From positions 1 to 64,000 of IMG/VR virus record IMGVR_UViG_3300033076_000897: a DNA stretch of 64,000 bases, one strand, 5' to 3'. This document shows, in pieces, positions 43,984-53,573 of this stretch (within the stretch, counting starts at the first letter, position 1; each line of letters begins with the position of its first letter). The notes under the pieces were generated by a model, which did not search any database, was not told where the DNA came from, and saw nothing but the letters and a program-made list of their open reading frames with translations. The translations under genes were made by a program, and so were the position numbers. Origin of the DNA: a virus (lineage: Duplodnaviria; Caudoviricetes).

Positions 43984-46076
43984 TACGCGTTAGTGAAGTT
44001 TCCGCTATACAACATGGTTTCTGAAGTCCCGTTATAAGACGTGATGTAGAATTTTTTGTTCATGAATCCTCTTATCAAGTTAGCATTTCCTGCATCTATC
44101 TTAAATAAGACTTCTCCCATAGAAGAATCGATACCTTGATAACCCTTTAGATTTGCAAATTTGATGGTCTTGTTATCACCATCGTTAAACATCAAATAGA
44201 GAGTTTCAGTATTGGTTAAATTAACAGCATTAATATCTCCATTGTTGTCTTTTGCTATTTTAAATTTTACGAAAGTATCAACTGGTGAAATCGCTAATTC
44301 AGCCAAACCTTCTGCCAAGAAAAGCGAAGCACTAGTGTCTATTGCCGTACTGCCTTCGAAACTAACTCCACCGATACTCAATAGAATGTCTAATCTCTCA
44401 GTGAAAGTTTGTACAAATTTAGTTTGAGATTCTACTGGGTTTAAGTTAACCAGTTTTTCAGAAGCTGTAGCTAAACTGATGTTAGGAAGTCTATTGTAAA
44501 TTTTAGTCTCTAACATTGGGTTTTTCAAAACGATGCTCTGTAACTTTTTACCAAATTTTGATGGCGACCAACCGGAGTTTAAGCTATTCCAACTAGCTGA
44601 CTTAACGATTTGTGTGTTATCAGTCTCGTTAAAGATTCTAAGATCATAGTCAATAGTAAAAGAAACTGCAGTTGCTGCGTTCTTAACAATAGGTCTAAAC
44701 AAAATAGGCTCATCAAAGTTCTGAGTTTGTGGAATACTGATTCTATAAGTCTCAGTAAAAGAAGTACCTATTTGTTCAAAAACGTAAATATCGTGGAAGA
44801 TAGTTAAATCATCTGATGAAGAGTTGATTCTATTAGTAATATAGTTATCAAATGTAGCTGCACTTCCGTTGTAAAGTCCAACCAATTCAAAATAATCTCC
44901 GTCATTAGACTGAACTATACTCGCTGTAATATCGGTAAACTCGTCTTCAACTGCTAATGAAAAGGTAGTCTCTTCAGCAGTTTCAATAAAATCAAAGCCT
45001 GCTGTGTTATAGAAAAGATCTATGAGTTTAAAACTAACTTCGTATTGAGCAGTTGGATCAATTTGGTTTCCACCTGAAGTACCGTAAAAAATGTCAAAGA
45101 AATCTTGGTTTGTACCCGAAGTTACCAAGTCTTTAATGGATGGAACTTTTACCTCAATGAATTTTGAGTAAAGAGTTTCTGCCAAGATAAAAGGCTCTGG
45201 GTTTTGAATCTCGTAGTCAGAAGAATTCAAATAAACCAACTGAGTGAAACTGTTCATGGTTCCATTAACTCTTGGAGCTCTAACTTCAAACATGAAACCT
45301 TGATAGTTTCTAGCGGCGAAGTTGTAACCGGATCTTAAGTGAAGTCTAATGGTTTCGTAAACAACTGAGTTGGTATTGGCCGTAACGTTAGCCAAAGACG
45401 CCAAAATAGTTGAATAACTGTCTCCCAACCATGAAGTATTGTTTTGAATGTAGTTCCATTGACTATCTAAAAGGGCAAATTTGCTTCTCTCAGTGTTAAC
45501 TGCAACTGCATGGTATCTATTAGGTTGACCTGGCCCAGTGTTTAGAGTGTTTCCAGTGTCTTCGTTTGGTACTGCATAAATTGGGTTGGCTTTCAACATC
45601 ACTGATGCTTTACCAGAGTTGAAAGTTATCGTATTACTACCTACGATTTTAAAGTACGTATATTGGTAATCTCCAGTGTTTAGAGGTTGATAACTGAAAA
45701 TATTCGTTACTGGGTTAAAAGTTTTAATACCAGTGTTGTCAGAAATGTCAAAGTTGACCGCATTTGCACCGAGTGCAGTTAAGTCAAATTGATAGGTGTT
45801 ACCTGGTGCTAAAACCAGGCTTCTGTTAGCTACGTTTTCAATTTTTAAGAAGTTGTAAACACCGTCTTCTTCAACTTCAAAATTAACAACAGCTGATCCT
45901 AATTGGTGAATCAATAATCTCTCTCCTCCGACTACTCCATCTGTTCCGACAATAAACATTTCGCTACCGTTGTCGTCGGTTTCGATTGCGTATGTTGTAG
46001 GGTTAGATTGGTCATGATAGATGATCTCCATCAAAACATCATCGTCAACCTTAAAAAATCTAGAAGATTTTGCCAT
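43983..46076 (-). CDS. Putative tail/baseplate structural protein
   Basis: 697 aa, beta-rich, inside the tail gene cluster. Confidence 0.55.
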   Translation of the reverse strand: MAKSSRFFKVDDDVLMEIIYHDQSNPTTYAIETDDNGSEMFIVGTDGVVGGERLLIHQLGSAVVNFEVEEDGVYNFLKIENVANRSLVLAPGNTYQFDLTALGANAVNFDISDNTGIKTFNPVTNIFSYQPLNTGDYQYTYFKIVGSNTITFNSGKASVMLKANPIYAVPNEDTGNTLNTGPGQPNRYHAVAVNTERSKFALLDSQWNYIQNNTSWLGDSYSTILASLANVTANTNSVVYETIRLHLRSGYNFAARNYQGFMFEVRAPRVNGTMNSFTQLVYLNSSDYEIQNPEPFILAETLYSKFIEVKVPSIKDLVTSGTNQDFFDIFYGTSGGNQIDPTAQYEVSFKLIDLFYNTAGFDFIETAEETTFSLAVEDEFTDITASIVQSNDGDYFELVGLYNGSAATFDNYITNRINSSSDDLTIFHDIYVFEQIGTSFTETYRISIPQTQNFDEPILFRPIVKNAATAVSFTIDYDLRIFNETDNTQIVKSASWNSLNSGWSPSKFGKKLQSIVLKNPMLETKIYNRLPNISLATASEKLVNLNPVESQTKFVQTFTERLDILLSIGGVSFEGSTAIDTSASLFLAEGLAELAISPVDTFVKFKIAKDNNGDINAVNLTNTETLYLMFNDGDNKTIKFANLKGYQGIDSSMGEVLFKIDAGNANLIRGFMNKKFYITSYNGTSETMLYSGNFTNA

Positions 46077-46094
46077 TTTTTGTTACTTAATATT

Positions 46095-46889
46095 TTAAAA
46101 ACTTAACCACTTAGGTGTTATTGTTAGTCCTATGCCGACCATTGGTGCAAAATAAACTTGGTTACCAACTACCGTAACACCGTACATGACGCCACCACTG
46201 ATTCCCATTCTCCAAGTCTTTTCAGCAGGTACTCTATTTAACTCATCTTCGATGATACTGATATTTTCAATAGAATTGAAGTTGATACCAGGATACTTTG
46301 TTGCTATCTTGATTCTTTTTCTACCATCGACGGTTTCCAAAGCACTGTAAAGAGTAATATTTTGAGTGTAATCGAATCTTGATCCCAATAATAGGACTTT
46401 GTCTCCTTCTGGTTTCACTTGAATTTCGCCTGTGAATTTTCTCCAATTGTTGTCTCCAAAATCTTTATTGTCAAACAAAGAAATTTTAGCGATATCGCCT
46501 TCGTAAGTTACAGAACCCATTGCATTGATGATAGAATCTCTGTTTTGAATCTCAATCATCAATAGATTATTTACATTCTTAAGCTTTTTGTTTAGATCAA
46601 GTACACCAACGTATTTCTTGTATGTCTCTTTGTTTTCTTTTCTCAGTTCTTCGACAGTTCTTTCGAAGCTAGAAATTTGGGAAACATAGTAGTTGTTCTT
46701 GGTTTTGTACTTAACCACAGAGTCGTTGGCTGCTTTCAAATTGTTTTCAATTCTGGTAACCTTTGACGCATTAGCATCTCTTTGCTCTTTTAATGTTGAC
46801 ATTCTAGAGCACTGTCCCATCATCAAAATGATCAAGATCAAAATGACTGATACAAAGTGAATGGGTTTTATTTCAAAGCTTTTAAACAT
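46095..46889 (-). CDS. Membrane-anchored coiled-coil protein, spanin-like candidate
   Basis: N-terminal TM segment ending GQC, coiled coil, C-terminal Gly/aromatic beta-hairpin ending in F. Confidence 0.55.
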   Translation of the reverse strand: MFKSFEIKPIHFVSVILILIILMMGQCSRMSTLKEQRDANASKVTRIENNLKAANDSVVKYKTKNNYYVSQISSFERTVEELRKENKETYKKYVGVLDLNKKLKNVNNLLMIEIQNRDSIINAMGSVTYEGDIAKISLFDNKDFGDNNWRKFTGEIQVKPEGDKVLLLGSRFDYTQNITLYSALETVDGRKRIKIATKYPGINFNSIENISIIEDELNRVPAEKTWRMGISGGVMYGVTVVGNQVYFAPMVGIGLTITPKWLSF

Positions 46890-46900
46890 GTTGTAAATTT

Positions 46901-48412
46901 TTATTGTCCTTGACCTACTCCACCACCTTGCTGAGCACTTAGATCTTTCACATCGTATACGTATGATGGTGATCCTAAATATATCGCCATTGGTAAAGCC
47001 ATCAATGATAGTTTTTCTGGATATATGGTAGTGTTACTTCCTGAAGAACTATACGAAGATTCTTCGATAGCATCCATAGATAACACATCATAATTGGATC
47101 CTGGAGAAATAGCGTCTATGGCTTTTAAAAGATCACCTGGATCTGATACAGCTTGCGCTCCTTGTGCTCCTGGAGTACCAGTATAATCACCTCTAAGTGA
47201 TGGATCAAAATCAGAACCGTATCCGGTAGGAGGTCTAAAATAATCTATACCCATTGAACTATCAAAGTCACCATTAACTAGATTAGATGTTCCACTTGCT
47301 CCAACTAATAAACTTCCAGGTACGTTAGTAGGTACATATATTGGCGTAGAACTACTTTGAGTTCTCCATGAATTAGTTTGTCCGAATAAAAGATACCAGC
47401 CGGACCATCTTGTGCCAGTTTTACCCCTACCATAATATTTGTAACTAATCACACCCGGAATAGAATAAGCATATTCACCAGTATTAATTGCAAAGAAATC
47501 AGTAGTAATATCTGTGGGATTTACAAAAACTATAGATCCTATTGGATAAATTCCTCCGATTTCATAAGGATATGACCATATAGCGTTACCATTGCTATTA
47601 TTGCATTGTAAAATTTTACCAGGTGCACTAGTAGTAGATTGTGGATTCAATCTTATTGTTCCGTTCAATGTTGTAGTTTTACCGCTTGCCCCAATAGTAT
47701 TATTGCCCAATAAAGATGAATTACCATTGTTTGTTAAAGTGGAAGCTGTGTTTAAAACTACATCAGATCCGATAAAATTTACGTCACTAACAATTTCAGT
47801 ATTAGCATCAGTAATCTTGATTCTAGTTACACCATTTTTATCAGTCAATCTAATCTCTTCAGACTGAATTTCTGCGATGTTTTCGGTACCAATAGCGATC
47901 AACTTAAAGTGAACTCCACCTGCATTTGGTGAAAGTCTAAAAGCAAAGCTAGAATCACTGTAATCAACACCATCGAATAGTCTTAATCTGATCATGTCAG
48001 AAAAATCAGCTCCACCGTTACCGTTTACAATAGAAATTAAAGCATCTTTATCGATTGCGTCGGGACTATAAGTCGTGTCGTCCATACCAACAATAATATT
48101 AGTTGGTTTTAAACCTGCACCTGAACCTATAGGATTGATTTTTGGTAGAACAGAATTGGCAAAACCACCAGAAGCTGCATCAAGTTCCCAATAACCACTA
48201 GAACCTTGATCTCCTTTTGCACCTGTGTCACCTTTGTCTCCTTTCGGCCCAGTTGCTCCAACAGAACCGATCGATCCCGTAGAACCCTTTTCACCTTTTA
48301 AACCTTGAGGTCCACCACCGTTAGCAAGAACCTGATCAAAGTTGTAATTGATCTTATCCTGCGTAACTTGCAGGTTGTCAGATTGGAATATTTCTTTGAT
48401 GTTAATCGACAT
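46901..48412 (-). CDS. Tail fibre-like protein with collagen-like repeat
   Basis: ~13 G-X-Y triplets (GPQGLKGEKG...GDQG); N-terminal DKINYNFDQ; YPIGSIV collar-like motif. Confidence 0.75.
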   Translation of the reverse strand: MSINIKEIFQSDNLQVTQDKINYNFDQVLANGGGPQGLKGEKGSTGSIGSVGATGPKGDKGDTGAKGDQGSSGYWELDAASGGFANSVLPKINPIGSGAGLKPTNIIVGMDDTTYSPDAIDKDALISIVNGNGGADFSDMIRLRLFDGVDYSDSSFAFRLSPNAGGVHFKLIAIGTENIAEIQSEEIRLTDKNGVTRIKITDANTEIVSDVNFIGSDVVLNTASTLTNNGNSSLLGNNTIGASGKTTTLNGTIRLNPQSTTSAPGKILQCNNSNGNAIWSYPYEIGGIYPIGSIVFVNPTDITTDFFAINTGEYAYSIPGVISYKYYGRGKTGTRWSGWYLLFGQTNSWRTQSSSTPIYVPTNVPGSLLVGASGTSNLVNGDFDSSMGIDYFRPPTGYGSDFDPSLRGDYTGTPGAQGAQAVSDPGDLLKAIDAISPGSNYDVLSMDAIEESSYSSSGSNTTIYPEKLSLMALPMAIYLGSPSYVYDVKDLSAQQGGGVGQGQ

Positions 48413-48413
48413 C

Positions 48414-51400
48414 TCAAATACTTATTTTTATAGCTGGTAATACGCTGTAAGTGTACCCAGGTCTTTTGTTATATATTAACCTCATATTGAATGGCTTGTT
48501 AGCGTGCAACTGGAAGGTAAAATTGTTGTCTTGTAAATAATCAGAAGCTAAGACTTCTTCGATACTATTTGCTGAAGCTACATCACTAGGATTTTTAGTT
48601 TGCTTCACATATACTGATACGCTTTCAATAGCATATAGAGGTAGTAGATTAGACAGAGCATATTCTCTTGCATCGTCTTCTACTGTAGAAAGATCACCAA
48701 AACCCTGAGCGGCAATTACAAATCTTTTGATAGATTGCAATAAACCGTTTTCTAAAAGTTCATCTACGAGAACTTTCTCATTATAGAAGTCTATAAAAAT
48801 CTGATCTGTAGTTTCAAACACAACGCTTTGTGTTGTGTAGGTCTGAGTGTCTCTCAATTTATTCAATTGATCCAGTGAAGTTACAACAGAACTCGTAAAT
48901 TTAGTCAAGTACAATGTAGAACTTGGTTGCATCAATGAAGAAGCCAAGAATGATTTTTTGACAACTGGAGATTTTGTACCATAAACTTCAGATACCAAAG
49001 AATTGGACAAAGATCTTACGTAATAGCCATTTTCAAACTGACTTGTAAAAACATTGATGTCTCTCTTGTCTATGGCAACCTCACCGATTAAAGGATACAC
49101 TGGTTGGAAAGCACCAGTTTGGGCCAATTTAGTCACTGAGTTTACGTTGATTTCATTGACCTTGTGATAAAAGAAGTTTTTAATTGTACCGAAATTCTTA
49201 GTAGTAGTCATAAATTCTATGCCCTTTCTAAAATATTTCTGGTTGAACACCAAACTTCTAGCAATATCCCTATTGAAAATCATGTAGTGATATTCAGCAG
49301 TGTCTAAATCCGTTGAAGTGAAGTACGAGAAGCTACCTATTTGTGAAACGTTGTATCCTGACAAATCGGCTAATTGATCTGTAAAAATGCCATTTACTGT
49401 GTCGTAAACTTTTGGAGCAGATTTGATGATCAATTCAGTTGTGCTGATAACCTTTTTAACTTCGAACCAAACGTCCTGTAAGATAGAACCCACTGGCATA
49501 GTTACAACGATCTTTTCAAAAGTCTCTATGTTATATGCAATCTCATCAACGTAAAGTGTAGAAGTACCGTTAACGTACCATGTATTATTAGAAGAATCAT
49601 AAACAAACTCCCCAATGGTTCCAGTTAAAACCTCTGAGCCAAAATCTATGTCTTCATTCAAGAATGACTTATATTTGTTAGAAGGATTGTAAAAAGTTAC
49701 AACTGTAGAAAAAACCGGATTGTATCTACCGTTAAGTCTTTTCATTGCAGTGATATAAGGCTTCACTCTATTGGCTAGATTGTATCCAACTGCCGAAGTG
49801 TTACCTTTATAAGAATTAGGAATCACTTTGTCCTCTGTTGCATCAATCATTGTAGGTTTATAAACATCAGTTCCGTCATCAACGTTTAGAATGTAATCAT
49901 TGTAAGAAAGCGTTCCATCTTCTTTTACAGTGATGTACTCTATACTTGATGTAGAGTTAGAATTTAATATGTTAGCTACGTTTTTAGCTGACAAAAAGTT
50001 TAAAACTTCTTCATGTGCGTTTTCCCCACCATTAATGTAAACATAAGTAGCATTTTGAATCAATGACTGTGTAAGAGAAGCAAAGTTATAAATTGTAGGT
50101 GTACATGGTGTAGTTAAAGTAGAATCGTATACAGTTGGAATAGAATTCAAGACCAGTGTAGTATCATTAATCACATTTTTAATGGATACACACATGTCTG
50201 GTAAACCAGATCCAGTTGGCATGATCACTCTTATTCTATTGTAAGATCCAGCTGAATTAAGTGTAATTTGAGAAGTAAACTGTGTACCTGTACCCGTCAA
50301 AGTCAACGTGGTTGAGTTGAAGCTCAATAGGTTTAAGTATCCAGTGATGTTCGTATTAGCTATATCACCAACAGCAGTACTATTGTATCTACCTCTAAGT
50401 TCGTATAACACCTTTCTATTTACGTAATCTACCAAGGATTCTTGTAAAGACATTTGAAGAACCAACGTAACAGTCTTAAATTTCTCATTGATCACTGATT
50501 TTACACTGATCAAATTTTGTGTATTGGGGTCGATGTCTGTTAATAGAATCGAACTAAACTTGTATGAATTGTATTTGTTAGAAAACTTAAATTCTGATGG
50601 TATTGTAGAAGTGGTTTCCTTTCTCTCTTTGATTGTAAATTCCAAACCTCTAAATTTGGTTTTTGAGAAAGAGTTTGCGTTACCTTCTTCGAAAATACTG
50701 TACTTTCTAGCCAAAGGAGCATCAAAGTATTTAAGATCCTGCGGAGCTGAAAGATCAATGTCGTATCCGAATCCATCGTAAACAAAATATTTGTCGTAGA
50801 TATTCTCGTTAATGCTGTAAAAGTCACTTAGTGAAATTATAGAATTAGCATCCAAATCAAAATTCAAATAGCTAAAAAATTCTTCAGGCTTAACTAGATT
50901 AAACCCGTTGTTCTTTTCGTATTTTGGAAAGTTATCTAAATAGAACCACTCGTGAGTCATGTTAAGAGCAGATCTACCTTCCACTTCAATATCCGATGCA
51001 AAGTTAGTTTTACCAAAAGCTTCGCTAACGTTTAAAGAGTACTCTGTGTCTCTAACATTAGTAGCGTCCTTTAAACCAAACTTATTGATATGTGGTACGG
51101 TTCTAGATCTATTGAAATATTGCTTATTGTAGTTCTCCTTTAGTCTATCGTATTCTGTTTGAGGATCTACTGTTGTTGTAACATCCGAGTCTTCAGATTG
51201 TAACGAAGGCAATAGGAAAGAGAAATAGTCATAAGGTCCAACGTTGTATCCACTGTTAAAAGCTCCAGTATTTAATGGATTCGAAAGAGGATTCATATAT
51301 GTGTTTTGTTCCAGAATCAGCTCATAAGGTTCTGAATACTTTGTGCTGTAAAAGTCAAAGTCAAAATCTTTGATGTCATAGATGTCAAACTTACCAACTG

Positions 51401-53516
51401 ATGGATAGAAAGTTCTGTATACGTTAGCTGATTTTCTAATAGCTAATGGTTTCTTAGCGTCTACAATCACTTTGTGCCAAGTTGAATCGTATTTAACGAT
51501 GTCCAACACTTTAGCGTAATCTCTCACAGACTGTAGGCCTATAAAATCACCGATCTCAATTTTTCCAGCTTCGAAATCTTCTGACTTAATCAAAAAGGCT
51601 TTTCCTGGAGCATGACCTCCCGTTAAACCATAGACGTTTACACCCGAAACATAGATCTGTAAATAGTTTGATACGTCAATGTATCCATCGATGATCTCCA
51701 AATCCATTGAATTGGTTGTAAATTCCAATAAGGCTAAATTAGGGTATCTGAACCTAGACACATTGCTAGTAACTGTAATCGTATCACCGTCCCTAGAAAC
51801 CTTAAAATCACGAGAATATTTTTTCAAACATGATTCTATGGCATAAGCAACATCTTCGTTCGAACCGTTGGGTGAAAATTTGTTATCATTAAATGTTCCT
51901 TTTACCAAAGAAGAATCCGCTGAAATTATGTAACCGTTTAGATCAACATGATCAGCACCGGCAGAAATCTTAAATTTAGAAACTGTTGCTACATAAGAAA
52001 CTTCATTGATATTTAATGTATTGAATCTTTCTATAGCAATTAGTGTATCACCCTCTACTGTAACTTCGTAATTGTTGAAAATCGTAGACACCTGAGAGTT
52101 CCACTCTGTTTTAAAGGCATCTAAAGTTGTTGAAAAATCGTTAGCTGTAGTAAAAGTTAAAGTATCTGTACTGACTCCGTCAGAAATAGTAATTGTTACC
52201 GATTCAGATGGTAAAAGACTGGTCAATCTAAATTTCCAAACTTGTTGTTCAAGTCTAGTGATTGCTAACTTATCTCCATTTACTACGTTTCCAGCTATTT
52301 TAAATCTAACTCTATCGAAATCAGAACCCTTAAATTCCTCAGCCGATAAAGTAAAGTTTTGTAGTTCAAATCCATCAAAATCTTCGAATATAGCCTGACT
52401 TAAATTTCCAAGAGGTATTTTACCAACTTCCCATGCAATACTATTTTTGATGTTGTGGTAGTTGTTCTTTGATTTTACATATCCCAGAGCAGTCCCAGCG
52501 AAATCGCTAGGTCTAGGTAATGAGAAATTAGTTGGATCCAAGAATGCGAAACCAGTGAGATCGTATGAGCTCTCGTGTTGTTGTACGTGTAGAATGTTAT
52601 TCACCAGTTTCTTGGCGATTAGTTTACCGTCTTCAATCTCATCAACAAAAAGACCAAAGTATCTGTTGATGTCGTAAGATTCTACTGAAGGATCATCAAA
52701 CTGAAACTCTAGATTGATTAAATTGGCCGAAACGATTGCGTTTCTTTTAAATCCATCTGTGATATATTCGTTAACTGCAATTAAAGCATTGTCAAAACCA
52801 ACTATGTCATCGAATACGTAATCTGGTTTAGAAACAAATCCACCAGCTTTTAAGTCAATACCGTGATAAATGAAATTGTCGTTCTTGCCAAAGTTAGCTG
52901 TGATAGCATTTGTTGGAAAGTTTTGATTCTCGACATGATTTCTTAGGTACGCTCCAAGTTCCGAAGATTTAGTTAGATCAAAGACTTTAACAATCTCTGC
53001 GTTTTTGATCATGTCTTTGACTTTGTCAGAAATTGTCGTAGATTCTGTTGTGGTTCCAGAAACCCTGTAAATCACAAACTTAGAAGGAACTCTCTTTTCC
53101 AACCAAATGGGTGCAAAGATCTTAAACTTCTCATCATACAACTTAGAATAACTAATGGCCGCACCAGCTCTATATGAGTCTTCAAACTGAAATTGGTAAT
53201 CGTTGAAAACTGTTAGATCGTTTGGAACGTCTCTTTTAACTTCGTAAATAAGATCGTAAGGAGTTGCGTTATCGTTGTAGAAAGTTGCTAAGTCAAAAGA
53301 ATAGTTACCATCCTTTGACAGACGGTACTTCTTGTATTTTGAGTTGGAAAGCTCAGTATTAGCATCGATCGTTTCCAAGAAAATAGCCCCATCACTGGTA
53401 ACCACAATCTTGTTGTTACCCGCAAGTCTGGGATTCGTTCTCAGAAGGGCGAATGATTTGTCTTCCAAAGAGTTTGAAAGATCAAATGTATAGTTTTTAG
53501 CTACGTTTGTTGGCAT
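48414..53516 (-). CDS. Large putative structural protein (1700 aa)
   Basis: Long ORF in the tail/baseplate cluster with its own late promoter. Confidence 0.6.
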   Translation of the reverse strand: MPTNVAKNYTFDLSNSLEDKSFALLRTNPRLAGNNKIVVTSDGAIFLETIDANTELSNSKYKKYRLSKDGNYSFDLATFYNDNATPYDLIYEVKRDVPNDLTVFNDYQFQFEDSYRAGAAISYSKLYDEKFKIFAPIWLEKRVPSKFVIYRVSGTTTESTTISDKVKDMIKNAEIVKVFDLTKSSELGAYLRNHVENQNFPTNAITANFGKNDNFIYHGIDLKAGGFVSKPDYVFDDIVGFDNALIAVNEYITDGFKRNAIVSANLINLEFQFDDPSVESYDINRYFGLFVDEIEDGKLIAKKLVNNILHVQQHESSYDLTGFAFLDPTNFSLPRPSDFAGTALGYVKSKNNYHNIKNSIAWEVGKIPLGNLSQAIFEDFDGFELQNFTLSAEEFKGSDFDRVRFKIAGNVVNGDKLAITRLEQQVWKFRLTSLLPSESVTITISDGVSTDTLTFTTANDFSTTLDAFKTEWNSQVSTIFNNYEVTVEGDTLIAIERFNTLNINEVSYVATVSKFKISAGADHVDLNGYIISADSSLVKGTFNDNKFSPNGSNEDVAYAIESCLKKYSRDFKVSRDGDTITVTSNVSRFRYPNLALLEFTTNSMDLEIIDGYIDVSNYLQIYVSGVNVYGLTGGHAPGKAFLIKSEDFEAGKIEIGDFIGLQSVRDYAKVLDIVKYDSTWHKVIVDAKKPLAIRKSANVYRTFYPSVGKFDIYDIKDFDFDFYSTKYSEPYELILEQNTYMNPLSNPLNTGAFNSGYNVGPYDYFSFLLPSLQSEDSDVTTTVDPQTEYDRLKENYNKQYFNRSRTVPHINKFGLKDATNVRDTEYSLNVSEAFGKTNFASDIEVEGRSALNMTHEWFYLDNFPKYEKNNGFNLVKPEEFFSYLNFDLDANSIISLSDFYSINENIYDKYFVYDGFGYDIDLSAPQDLKYFDAPLARKYSIFEEGNANSFSKTKFRGLEFTIKERKETTSTIPSEFKFSNKYNSYKFSSILLTDIDPNTQNLISVKSVINEKFKTVTLVLQMSLQESLVDYVNRKVLYELRGRYNSTAVGDIANTNITGYLNLLSFNSTTLTLTGTGTQFTSQITLNSAGSYNRIRVIMPTGSGLPDMCVSIKNVINDTTLVLNSIPTVYDSTLTTPCTPTIYNFASLTQSLIQNATYVYINGGENAHEEVLNFLSAKNVANILNSNSTSSIEYITVKEDGTLSYNDYILNVDDGTDVYKPTMIDATEDKVIPNSYKGNTSAVGYNLANRVKPYITAMKRLNGRYNPVFSTVVTFYNPSNKYKSFLNEDIDFGSEVLTGTIGEFVYDSSNNTWYVNGTSTLYVDEIAYNIETFEKIVVTMPVGSILQDVWFEVKKVISTTELIIKSAPKVYDTVNGIFTDQLADLSGYNVSQIGSFSYFTSTDLDTAEYHYMIFNRDIARSLVFNQKYFRKGIEFMTTTKNFGTIKNFFYHKVNEINVNSVTKLAQTGAFQPVYPLIGEVAIDKRDINVFTSQFENGYYVRSLSNSLVSEVYGTKSPVVKKSFLASSLMQPSSTLYLTKFTSSVVTSLDQLNKLRDTQTYTTQSVVFETTDQIFIDFYNEKVLVDELLENGLLQSIKRFVIAAQGFGDLSTVEDDAREYALSNLLPLYAIESVSVYVKQTKNPSDVASANSIEEVLASDYLQDNNFTFQLHANKPFNMRLIYNKRPGYTYSVLPAIKISI

Positions 53517-53544
53517 TCCAAAATATTATTTTACTATCTTTGGC

Positions 53545-53552
53545 TATATATC
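53545..53552 (-). promoter_or_regulatory. Putative late promoter GATATATA
   Basis: Exact motif 28 nt before ATG 53516. Confidence 0.72.
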
Positions 53553-53573
53553 TACGGCCCAAAGAAGCAAAAC

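Noticed and set aside
53538-53572. Inverted repeat around the late promoter and an AAGAAGCAAAA 11-mer shared with the capsid leader
   Set aside because: The repeat is imperfect, seen at only two of 13 promoters, and the 11-mer is in the opposite orientation in A-rich DNA; likely chance.
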